Position numbers and translations under genes: made by a program. A stretch of DNA of 63,847 nucleotides, filler included. It is 11 parts of 11 records of this genome, joined end to end, with 100 filler letters (N's around TTAATTAATTAA, not from the genome) between each part and the next. Parts side by side here need not be neighbours in the genome. Positions count along the whole stretch, not along the records: positions 22,965 to 28,231 come from SRR7504441_914; positions 28,332 to 33,508 come from SRR7504441_920; positions 33,609 to 39,523 come from SRR7504441_923; 8 more parts are not named here. One strand, given 5' to 3'. Shown here piece by piece: positions 23,419-33,774 of this stretch (position 1 is the stretch's first letter; every line of letters starts with the position of its first letter). The notes beneath the pieces were generated by a model, which saw nothing but the letters and a program-made list of their open reading frames with translations, did no database searches and was not told the DNA's origin.

Positions 23419-23689
23419 GGTGGGGTCAGCTCAGGCGGTGCAGCACAGGCAGCTGACGGGTGTCGCACCTGATAGACAACGGATTACAACCAACCGGCCC
23501 AAAACGACCACCAGTTGACCTGAATACGTAGTCTATTTAATCCAAATGACGGCTCAAAATCACGGCCGCGGTGCTAGCGTGCTCGTATCAGTACTGAACC
23601 GCGCACTCTTATATAGTACTGAAGCACATCCGTCTATAACATGGTTCAATAGCACGCAATTGCGTAGCTATTGCAAGTGCCCCATCCCT

Positions 23690-24259
23690 CTATGGCTCGG
23701 CTTCCGGGCGGCCTCCTTGTGCATCCCGGTATCCAGCGCCCCTGCACAGTCCCCGCTCACGCCCGCCCGGCCCGCCCGCACCGACGCTGCAGGTCCCACT
23801 CCCAGAGCCCCGCACCATCGCGCCCAGTCGCTTCTTCTTGGCCTTCCGATTGGCGGCTGCGTCGGCCATCATCTCGGCCATCTTGCTCGGGTCGGCCAGG
23901 CACTGCTTCCAGCGCTCCTCCAACACCGACTGCTGCGACCGCGCCTCGCTGGCCTGCTTCAGCTCGGCCGCTCCGCCCTCGCCACCATTCAGCCGCGACA
24001 GCAGCGCCCGCCGCCTGGCTTCCTCCGCCTGATCCACGGCCCCGCGCTCGCGCTTACGTTTGATGCGTTTGCCGCTGATCGAGCTGCGGAGCACCTCCTG
24101 GCTGCTGTCCGAGTCGCTCTGCCCGGCTGAGCCGTTGAAGTACTTACTGAGTTGGACTGGATCCTTGCTCTTCTCCTTCTTCTCCTTCTTCTTGTCCTTC
24201 TTCTTGTCCTTCTTCTTGTGCTTCTTCTCCTTCTTCTCCTTCTTGCTGTGCTCGCCCAT
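23690..24259 (-). CDS. Small Lys-rich nuclear-type protein
   Basis: ATG 24259; poly-Lys N-terminus, then RSSISGKRIKRK...EEARRRALLSRLN; 3' end may be spliced. Confidence 0.55.
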   Translation of the reverse strand: MGEHSKKEKKEKKHKKKDKKKDKKKEKKEKSKDPVQLSKYFNGSAGQSDSDSSQEVLRSSISGKRIKRKRERGAVDQAEEARRRALLSRLNGGEGGAAELKQASEARSQQSVLEERWKQCLADPSKMAEMMADAAANRKAKKKRLGAMVRGSGSGTCSVGAGGPGGRERGLCRGAGYRDAQGGRPEAEP

Positions 24260-24392
24260 CCCCTCCCTCCACAGCGCGGCCTGGGGCCCACCGGCTGACC
24301 CCCGGCCTCCTCCTGCCGACTGCCACCCTAGGCTGGATTTACAACGGACCCCCGTCCTGATATATCCGTGGGGCAGCGCGGGGGGTAGATCT

Positions 24393-26507
24393 ATGGAGCG
24401 GTGGACCTTCTCAGAAGGCTGCAGCCCGCCGGCGAGCACCGGCAGGCCGTTCTCGCCGCTGCTGATCGGCCGACCGCCCTCGCGCTGCGACGGCAGCCAC
24501 CAACCGTATGCCTCGCGCGTGACTGTTGCCACTCCCAAGACGGTCCGACCGGTGGTGGACCTGCAGCTGCCAAGGCCGCGCAGCTCGCCAGGCCAGACGC
24601 TCTCGCGGTTCTCGCTCGAGCGGAACGACGAGATCGGGGACCAGATCCGGGAGATCTACAGCCGGCCAGCCACAGTGAGCCAGGCGGACGAGGCCAGCCA
24701 GGAGCACCCGGACTGGTCGGAGTGGATGGCCCGAGGCAAGGCGGGGACGGTGCTCGAGGACGCGCTGAGCAAGCTGGCGGACCGGGAGGTGCACTTGGGT
24801 GGGGAACAGCCGGAGCAGGAGGAGCTACCTGTCAAGCCGCTCGGGGCCACCTCTGTGCCCAAATTCGCGACCGACAGGGAGCGCAGCTCGTGGTTCTTTG
24901 ATCGAGCCTGTGAAGACATCGCCAAGCGTCGACCGCATAAAGGTCAGGGCCAAGCCGGATTGGCACTGGCCAAAATGCTGCCGTTTGACCGAGTTCGTGA
25001 GATCAATCTGTTTCGGAAGGAGGCGGATGGGATGCAGCAGCTCCGGGATCGGATTGAGGACCGAGTCAAGGCGCTGTCTTTCCGTCCAGGCAGCCGCGGA
25101 CCAGCCTTTTTGGCTGACCCGAAGGACACGTTTATCTATCGCAATAAGCACGAGAGCTCCAAGTGGGCGACGCCTGCTGAACGAAGCAGACGAGGCAACA
25201 TTCAACTGCGCAGGCGGGCAAAAGCAAAAGACAACTACGTGCAGCGGATGGCCGAGAAGACGGAATGGAACCGAAAGCTACTTGAACATGTTGCACACAA
25301 GAGTAAACATGCAGATTACGTCATTTGGAAGCGCAAGCAGGACGCAATCCGAGAAGGGAGGAAGGCACAGGCATCAAAACTGCTAGCTGTGTGTAGTGCT
25401 GCGGTCAGGATATCAGTGCTGTGCACCATTCTGCCTCGGGCGCGTAAGTGGCGCAAATTCCACCACAAGAGGACAAACGCCGCCAACACCATCGTCAAAT
25501 TCTACCGCACTGCGTTTGCACTGATCCACTTCCGCAACTATAAGAACGCCACGCTGAAATTACGTGGCCAGTTCCAACTTTTTCTGCCTATCTGGCGTTT
25601 GCGCCGCCAGATGCGCCTAGCAAAGATCATTGTTGATTTCACCCAGGGCGTGTCTGGCGCTGGTGGAACTGTGGCTGCAATATATGCTTTCAGAGGCAAG
25701 GTTGCGTTTCTACAGCGGTCTGTTCGCCACTACCTCACCTGGAAACATGCTGTCATGTACAAATGGTTAGAGACCTACAACGCTCGTCATCTTGCGATGC
25801 TGGTGGAACGAGAGGCGTTACGAAAGGAGCTATTCAGGAAAGCAGCAAAGGAATCAAGTCACATTGCACTTGATGATCATGGATTTCCAGTTGCATGCGG
25901 TCCAAACATTGCCAATACAATCTCTCTGGAAGTGGCTCTCCAGCAGCTGCTTCTCCTCTTCAAGAGCAAGCGAGAGACTCAGCGGGAGATGCTGACAATT
26001 TATGGAGAGGAAGCACGCGAGTTCAAAAGTCAGGCTCGGGCTCGGTTGCGACTTCGGCTTGCCCAAAAGAGCATCCAGGGGGACAAGTTCAATATTGAAG
26101 AGGCTCTCGAGAAAGAGGAAAAGAAGGGTGTAAAACCCCTGGTTGCTCCAACGCGGCCTCACTTAAACAGCGAGCTGCCCAAAGAAATGCTGGAGGAGAT
26201 GATCCGACAAGGTTCAAGAGTCATGGACGCGGAGGAAGACATTGAGATATCGGAAACAGCAAAGGCATACGTTCAAGGTAAGTTTAAACATGCTGCGAGG
26301 CATGTGACGAAGCCACCGAGTGAACGGCCGTCTGAGTCCGATTTAACACACGAGGAAGCATCAGTGGGTGATCCGGAGGCCGCAAGTACATCCGCTCATG
26401 AGGAGCCGAAATCAAGTGAAGACCCGGCCTACCAGTGCGAAACTGTAACTTGTGATTCGCCTACAACAGAGACTCATGAAATTAGCGCAGATGCCGTCGA
26501 ATCATAA
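24393..26507 (+). CDS. About 700-aa basic helical/coiled-coil hypothetical protein with IQ-like segments
   Basis: Long ORF; AANTIVKFYR and KVAFLQRSVRHY are IQ-like; ATG 24393. Confidence 0.65.
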   Translation: MERWTFSEGCSPPASTGRPFSPLLIGRPPSRCDGSHQPYASRVTVATPKTVRPVVDLQLPRPRSSPGQTLSRFSLERNDEIGDQIREIYSRPATVSQADEASQEHPDWSEWMARGKAGTVLEDALSKLADREVHLGGEQPEQEELPVKPLGATSVPKFATDRERSSWFFDRACEDIAKRRPHKGQGQAGLALAKMLPFDRVREINLFRKEADGMQQLRDRIEDRVKALSFRPGSRGPAFLADPKDTFIYRNKHESSKWATPAERSRRGNIQLRRRAKAKDNYVQRMAEKTEWNRKLLEHVAHKSKHADYVIWKRKQDAIREGRKAQASKLLAVCSAAVRISVLCTILPRARKWRKFHHKRTNAANTIVKFYRTAFALIHFRNYKNATLKLRGQFQLFLPIWRLRRQMRLAKIIVDFTQGVSGAGGTVAAIYAFRGKVAFLQRSVRHYLTWKHAVMYKWLETYNARHLAMLVEREALRKELFRKAAKESSHIALDDHGFPVACGPNIANTISLEVALQQLLLLFKSKRETQREMLTIYGEEAREFKSQARARLRLRLAQKSIQGDKFNIEEALEKEEKKGVKPLVAPTRPHLNSELPKEMLEEMIRQGSRVMDAEEDIEISETAKAYVQGKFKHAARHVTKPPSERPSESDLTHEEASVGDPEAASTSAHEEPKSSEDPAYQCETVTCDSPTTETHEISADAVES

Positions 26508-26835
26508 ATGAAATGATACGAACTTAATACGAACTTATACGGCCTCATTACTTCGATTGCGTACATCCGCGATTCAAACGCATTAAAATGAATTAAAGCA
26601 GCAGAAACACCTCATTGATCACCTGACCGATGGCTCTCGTCCAGTGAGTCCCGCCAAGCCGCTGCCGGCCGGCCGCTGAGCTGCATGTGGCAGCCCAATC
26701 TATCAGCTCGCTCCTATCTCACAGGAGGTCACCCTGTGGCAGCAGGGGGGCGACATCTCTCTCTACGACTCGCCTCAGCAGAAGCGGCCGCGCGCGTACG
26801 ATTCGTGCGAGCCGGAGTCGACAAACCCCAGCCAG

Positions 26836-27330
26836 ATGCTGATTCACGGCGAGCGGCCACTCAAGCGGCAGGCTGGCCCAGCCAGCGTCGCCCAGGCGCA
26901 GCCACTCGCCCAGGGCATGCCGCTACCAGGCAGGGAGGCCCCGACAGTGCTGGTACACTCTGTGAGCGAGAACGGCCCCGACAGCAAGCAACGGCTCAAG
27001 ACGTTCGCCACCTTCCCGCTCCGCGAGAAGAGGATCAGCGACCCTGCGCAGCTGCCCATCGTGCTGGTGCTCCCCTCGGATGGCGGACAACCCTGCCTGG
27101 CCACCCCACTGCTGCCGGACCGCTCGAGCTCGCCGGGCAGCGACGGCGGCAGCGCTAGCCGCTCCAGCCTGGAGGAGCAGTTGCCCTCCATGATCGAGAT
27201 CGAGACTAAGCCGGCTCCCACCGCCAAGAAATCGCAGGCTTGCCCACTACTGTCGCCCAGTGCCTACTGAGCCGTGTGCTGACAGGCCAAGGCGCGCCGC
27301 CGGAAGAGCGTCGTCAGCTGCACTGCCTGA
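26836..27330 (+). CDS. Hypothetical protein (boundaries uncertain)
   Basis: 144-aa ORF with GC3-rich codons and a probable short intron near 27238-27285. Confidence 0.3.
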
Positions 27331-28231
27331 GCTGGAGACCCCATGTACAAATGCCACCTAGCCTGAGCCCTAGCAGTGCTGCCTGCCACTGTGCAGCTGC
27401 ATTTGAGCCCTTCTGGCTGGACAGGGTGGACTTTGGAGCACCTGCGTTGCTGCTGGATGTCAACGTTAGATTGGCTGATGTTGTGCTGAGCTTAGGCGCC
27501 GTCTCGTTTCCGTGGTTCGCTGTGAGTGCTTTTCTTTGTAGTATAGTATAGGCTGGCGCTGTCAATGACTGGGCCGCCATGGCGGGAACGCTGAGCTGCG
27601 CATGACGCTGAGCTGCGAGTCGAGTCCTGCCCTCTCTCCCTTGACCTAATAGTTAGACACCCCCCTGCACACCCTGCTGCACTGCAGTAGTCGGCAGAGT
27701 GACAACCCTTGCCACCCACATTGACCCTGGCTGACAGCCCTGTTATTTATCTCTGAATATGTGGCCTCCCGAATGCATGTGTGTAGCCTCGTGTGTGCCT
27801 CCGTGTCTTTTTCTCGCGCCAAAGTCTTTTTTCTCGCCAAAGTCTAGTATTTTTTTCTTTTTGAACAAGACCTTGCGGTGGTGGATGCAACCCCGGCCGG
27901 AAACTGATCAAAATTCGCGGACAACTTACCATGGAATTCAATAGAATTCATTACCAACAACGACTAAACGACAACAAGGCCATGCACAGCGAGTTGCTAG
28001 CCAGTAATGAGTTGCAAAGTTTAACTTAAATGGGCTCTACCATGCAAGACATTTATTTAAAAGGCCCAGGCCGTTTTTTTTACATCAAAAATCCAGCTTT
28101 TTCTAAGCTTTTTCATCAAATATCACTGATATATAAAAATGAAGGCCTGAAGGTGCATAGATAAACCATGGGGCAACCCGCAACCAACTATGATGATCAT
28201 TAACGTGATGAAATAACTGATTTTCGATTTT

Positions 28232-28331
28232 NNNNNNNNNNNNNNNNNNNNNNNNNNNNNNNNNNNNNNNNNNNNTTAATTAATTAANNNNNNNNNNNNN
28301 NNNNNNNNNNNNNNNNNNNNNNNNNNNNNNN
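28232..28331. other. Artificial contig spacer
   Basis: N-TTAATTAATTAA-N linker. Confidence 0.98.
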
Positions 28332-31300
28332 TGGCCCACCAGTCGCTCACGCACCCATCGCAGGGTTTTGGCCGGGCGATCAGCCTCGATGACCGGCTGG
28401 CTGTGGTGGGAAGCAGCAATATGGCGGTCGTGTTTGAGCTTGACCCCGACGGCGCCTGGCGCCTCCAGGCCGAACTGGTGGCTGACCAACCGGGGCTCGG
28501 AGCCAGTCTCGCCGCCAGCGGGCAGCAGGTGGTGGTGGCCGCGGAAGCTGCCGCGGTGGTGTTTGGGCGCACCGGTAACGCGTGGAGCCAGCGGGCGGTG
28601 CTCACGGAGTCCTGGTGGGGCTCGGCAGTCACTGTGGCAATGAGCCGATCGACTATTGCGGTGGGCCTGCCCACGCAGGCGATGGTCGTGATCTACACTG
28701 AGTCGGCTGGCGGGGTATGGACCGAGACCGCCGCCCTGGCTGCTGCCGACGGCTCTCTCAGCAGCCAGTTCGGCTCAGCAATTGCGTTGGACGCTGCAAC
28801 CGTGGCGGTGGGCGCGGTCGGTGCGGGTGCAGTCTACCTCTATGAAAACACAGCTGGTGGCGGCTGGCAGCAGCGCCGCAAGCTGAGTTCGCCGAGCGCT
28901 GTGCCAGGCGAGCGGTTCGGGCTGGATCTGGCGCTGAGCGGCACGTATTTGGCGGTCTCGGGTGGGATGTCGATGGGCTTGTTCAAGTTTGGGTCGGCTT
29001 GGCTGTATTGCCGGGGGAGCGATACCTGGGAGGATCTGAGGGCTATTCGCCCGGACGCGGATGACCCGGAGTTGGAAGTTTACGAGACGTTCGGGCTGTC
29101 TCTGGGATTGAGTGGTGACACGATCATTGTGGCTGCGAGCCAGGAGAGCCTGCCTGGGCATGCCGATGGCACTAATATCACTCTTGCCTGGATGTTGGAG
29201 CCTGAACGCTCCCCAGCCCCAACCCCGGCGACGCTGCTGCCAGCTGCACTGCAACGGATTCAGCTAGGTCCGCCAGATGGGTCAGCTGGACAGCGGGTCG
29301 GCTCCAGTGTGACCTTATCCTCGGCCGGATTTGCCGTGATTGGCGCGTACAGAGATCGGTCTGTCGCCTACAGTGCTGGGGCAGCGTTTGTTTACGCGCA
29401 GACAGGGTCACAGTGGCGATTTCAAGCGAAACTCGTCGCCATCGACGGTGCTCCGAATGCCTATTTTGGCTTTGCAGTGGATTCAGATAACTTATTGACG
29501 GCAATTGGTGCTCATGGCGCGGATCAAGGGCGAGGTGCTGCGTACATATACAGCTTTAGTGGAGATACTTGGCGAGAACAGGCTAAGCTGACTGCACCTG
29601 CCGGCAAGCCCAATGACTGGTTTGGGTACAGCATTGCGATCCAGGGCGACCGAGTGCTGGTGGGTTCCGTGGCGGCCAGCTCTGTTGGGCGGGTGTTCGC
29701 TTTTGCCAAGGGGGACAACGATGCATGGGCGTTAGAGTCCGAACTTCGACCTTCACTCTCTGATGAGCAGGGTGGTTTGCAGCTCTATTTTGGGTGCAGT
29801 GTGTCTTTATATTCGAGCCAAGCCGCAATCGGAATGTGTGGAGCCCGTGGTACCGACGGCGGTGTTTCAGGCGCTGTGATGCTGTATGAGCGGCATGAAG
29901 AATCCTTGTGGGATCAACGCGGCGTCTTGACGGCTTTTGATGGGTCCACTGGGACGATGTTTGGCTCCAGTGTGTCTATAGAGCAAGACCAGGTTGTGGT
30001 AGGAGCCAGCCGAGATCGCGGCCGAGGTGCGGCTTTCTTGTATCGACGCAACGAGAGCGGATGGACGTTGCAAGCCAAGCTGGCGTCCGACACCAGCCAA
30101 GCGCTCTTTGGCGACAGTGTTGATATGAGTGGTGGCCGAGTGGCGGTCGGGGCTCCTGGTTTGCATGCTGCTTACGCGTTCGTACTTGAAGGCACATCTG
30201 TGTTGCAGCAGCTGACGCTTGAGACTGGCACGGCAACAGCCGCACAGTTTGGATCGAGTCTTAGCATTCTTGGTGACCACATTCTGGTCGGAGCACGCGA
30301 TGAAGTGCTGGAGGGCGTCCAATCTGGCGCCGCCCATTTGTTTGGCCCAGATCCTGAGCTTGTACTGGAACAGCCCACGACAGACTCGCCTGTGCAATCG
30401 ACTGGAGTGGACGCACCGACAACTGCCCCGACAGCACTGCACAGCGAGGCTAGCTATATTGCAACTCTCGTCGTCCAGTTGCAAGGGATTACTGCGAGTG
30501 ACCTTTATGGTAATTTGGAGGACTATTTGGTAGCGCATCTAGGTCAGCAGCTCAGCTGTTGCGGTCCTGGAGGTGACCAGAGCTGCAACACCGACCTGAC
30601 TATTGACCTCATCAGTCGACGACAGATGGCGGTTACATTGACCATCCACGTCAAGACCTTTAGATTGATTTTTGCAGACCAGGCAACTGATTGGCTTCAG
30701 GCTTACTTGCAATCTCCTGTGTTCCTCTCCACACTCAACGGGGTCGAGAGCATTGCAGATGCCATCTCTGGTGTGTCGCTGCTCTCAGTGTCAATTGAAG
30801 CAATTGAAGCCAGCATCGCGGACTCCGAGCCAGAGGACAGCGGCATGAGCATTGTGCTTGTTGCAGCCGTGGCTTCTGGCGTAGTGGTGATTGCATCAAT
30901 TGTGGTGGCGGCGTTATGCTACATGTATCGTCGCAAGCAAGATCCTGTTGTAGTCGATCCTTCCAAGGTTGCCGCTGATATCACTTTGACGCCTCTCCGT
31001 AACCTGGCCAGTGCTGACAGCACTCGCCCTGGATGGCTGCCGCTCTCCGGCCCGGCGCAAATGAGCATGCCGGCCAGTCTGTGGGGGATTCGACTTTGGC
31101 AGCTGGAGCGAGTGATGCAGGAGATTCAAGGGAGTGCTGTATATGATGACCTTCGGTCAAGACCGGAGGGCGGCCAAGTCGACTGGTATCAGGTGAACTC
31201 TTTGCGCACCACTAAAACTGATTCTCACCAAACAGGTCAACAGCAACTGGATTGTGCCATGGACAGCTCGCACTGGCTGCAGCATCGCATTGCTGCTTAA

Positions 31301-32234
31301 CCCAGATGGGTGCCAGGCAGATGTGATGGTCGCACACGGTGTGCCCATCTGATGATAGAGTTGATTGCTGTTCGGTGCAGCGTGGGCTGCAGATAGCGAG
31401 GAGTGCCAGGAGGCACTTTTGGCCCACATGTCCAAGAGAGAGCTGCCGAGGAGGCCAAGAGAGTTTGCTGTGTGGATGAGCCCTTTTGCAGTGTACCAGG
31501 CTCGATACTCTGCCTCTGTTGGACTCTGCATTGGACCCACAGTCTCCGATCAGGTGCAGGCCGACACAGTGTCCACAGTGCTCGGATCTCAAGGCGTTTT
31601 GTCTGGCGCTGGGCTGCTGGTGCTGCACACCACGACGGCAGATCTTTTTCAAAGGCTGTGGTGCTTGATCGAGATTGACTTGGCTCTGTCCACCGGCGTT
31701 CAAGTCAGTCCAGCGGCTTCCGATACGTTCATAGATCAGACAAGGTGCCAACTGCTGGCTGACACAGGGGAGGTCAGCAGCTGGCTCACTGTTGACAGCG
31801 CAGTCGCAGGGTGCAGTAGCAGCATCGACCGGCAGCTGCACCGCGAGCATGTACAGCGTGACGGTGGGTTTCCAGCGCTCGACGAGCGCATCATGAACTG
31901 GCGGTGGGCTGTGCTGCATCAGCTGGCGGACGTCGTGATCTCGCCGGAAGCAGGTCAGCTAAATCTCGAGATTCAAGAGGAATACAACGAGCCGGCTGAC
32001 AGCCCGGTGGCCGCAATTCAGCCGTTGGTGCTGAGCTCGGCACCTCCGACTGCAACGCGAAGGCCTAATGCCCTGGCCGACCTGGGAACGAACGCTACTG
32101 AGCATGACAGCCATGGTAGATCGAGCAAGAAGTGCGCCAGCTTGGATATTGGCAGCCGGCGGCGCAACCGAGATGCTGAGTGCCCAGAGCTAGATCTGCC
32201 TGCGCCATCAGTGCGGATGGAGATGTGGCTATAA
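28332..32234 (+). CDS. FG-GAP beta-propeller single-pass membrane protein with cytoplasmic TIR/HET-like domain (5' truncated)
   Basis: More than 10 FG-GAP repeats (FGxxV...VGA...GAAYxY); Thr/Pro linker; TM about 30851-30928 followed by RRK. Introns 31193-31235 and 31339-31380 join the 965-aa and 289-aa ORFs in frame, giving MVAHAW...VWMSPFAVYQ...LFQRLWCLIEIDLA. Confidence 0.75.
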
Positions 32235-32320
32235 GGCGTATAAGCTACGTACTCGTACTCGTATAAAGGAGATGTGGCTTAAGTTTGATAGCTTAAATAA
32301 TAATATTTTGTAATTGGAAT

Positions 32321-33407
32321 TCAAGCGCGCCGTGCGCCTTCGACAGATCCAATGATTTCATCATCGTTAACGATCGCAAAGAGTGAGCCGGTGAAGCTGA
32401 GTGCTATTGCACCATCGGCAAAGTCATAGGTAGTTCCAACGGCGACATAGTTGAATGTCATCGAAAAGATTACATTCATCCGGACTTGTGAGATGTTCAA
32501 GGTTGTTGTGGTGTTTTGGACGGTCAGTTGGAGTTTGGGATGGTCCATGACCACAACGCCTGTGCCATCCAGGTTGCTGATCGTCGCAGAGCCTTCACTA
32601 GCTGCATCGTTGACATCTCCATCGGGAGAGGAAAACTTGCTTTGGCTGACCGAGTCGTGGACATCCCCAAACGTTATCTCACTAAAAAGAGAAACAGTGG
32701 TAAGAGAATCATCGACTAGAGCTGGGAATGTATACTCCACCTTGTACGTGCTGAAAATGTTGGGCGGTTTGCCTCTGTTGTGCGTCAGCAGATCACTTGT
32801 GCTTGCGATGTACTCTCCAACCCTGTAAACCATGTTGCGCATGATATGAGGCTTTTTCAAGGCCAGGTTCTCGGTTTCAGTTGGATCATTACTAATGTCG
32901 AATAGCTCCCACTGGCCATAGTTATAGTTTGCCCTTTAGTAGTCAATCCCAGAAATGTTTCCTATACCGGTGTACACCTGAGGATGCTGGAATGCGGTAA
33001 GGGGACTTATCGGCAGTCCGCTGTTCATTTCTTTGTGCATGAATGAGGTGCCCAAACCACCAGTCACGAATCCGATCAATCCGCCATCATCATCTGCGAG
33101 CGCCTGAAGGTTGGGGGTCCGGATGAAGGTGTTCCCGTACGGCTGCAAGTCGGCAAAACCGAGGTCATCAGCTACCTGCCCCCTACGGTCGCGGCCGGCG
33201 GTGAACTCCGGCTACCATGAACAGGATATTTGGTTTGTCAATCGAAGGGCAACCAGCCGCTAGGGGGCGCTTTCGGCTGTCCCCACAGCAGGATGCCTTC
33301 TTATAAAAGTCACGCACGTCGCCACAGGTCAGCTGGCAGGTACTCAATTGCAAGGCCGAGGCCAACGCCAGCAGGGCCGCCTTACTACCCAGCCCCCAGG
33401 AGCCCAT
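32321..33407 (-). pseudogene. Internally deleted sulfatase-like gene (signal peptide + Cys motif + sulfatase N- and C-terminal remnants)
   Basis: After intron 33215-33176: KPNILFMVADDLGFADL...RTPNLQALADD, with no CxPxR motif; in-frame TAA 32938-32936; then WELFDISNDPTETENLA. Confidence 0.6.
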
Positions 33408-33508
33408 GGCGTGGTGTCGGCGAGCAACGGGTGAACAGGCGAAAGGTGGTCAAACGTGGTCGGAGCAGTTTATTATGGGATTTAAGCCATTTTAATGCGT
33501 GAATAAAA

Positions 33509-33608
33509 NNNNNNNNNNNNNNNNNNNNNNNNNNNNNNNNNNNNNNNNNNNNTTAATTAATTAANNNNNNNNNNNNNNNNNNNNNNNNNNNNNNNNNNNN
33601 NNNNNNNN
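33509..33608. other. Artificial contig spacer
   Basis: N-TTAATTAATTAA-N linker. Confidence 0.98.
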
Positions 33609-33774
33609 TATTGTAATCAAGCTACTCCAGCCGATCGCTACACACACACTTGTAACTACAAGTCACCAACGACGAGCCTGGATCGCTGGATCCGACTTCG
33701 CATGACATCGAGCCGAATCGGATTGTCCGTTGTGCAGCCGCAGGTGCAGCAGGCGGAGCAGTGCCACCCTGCAA

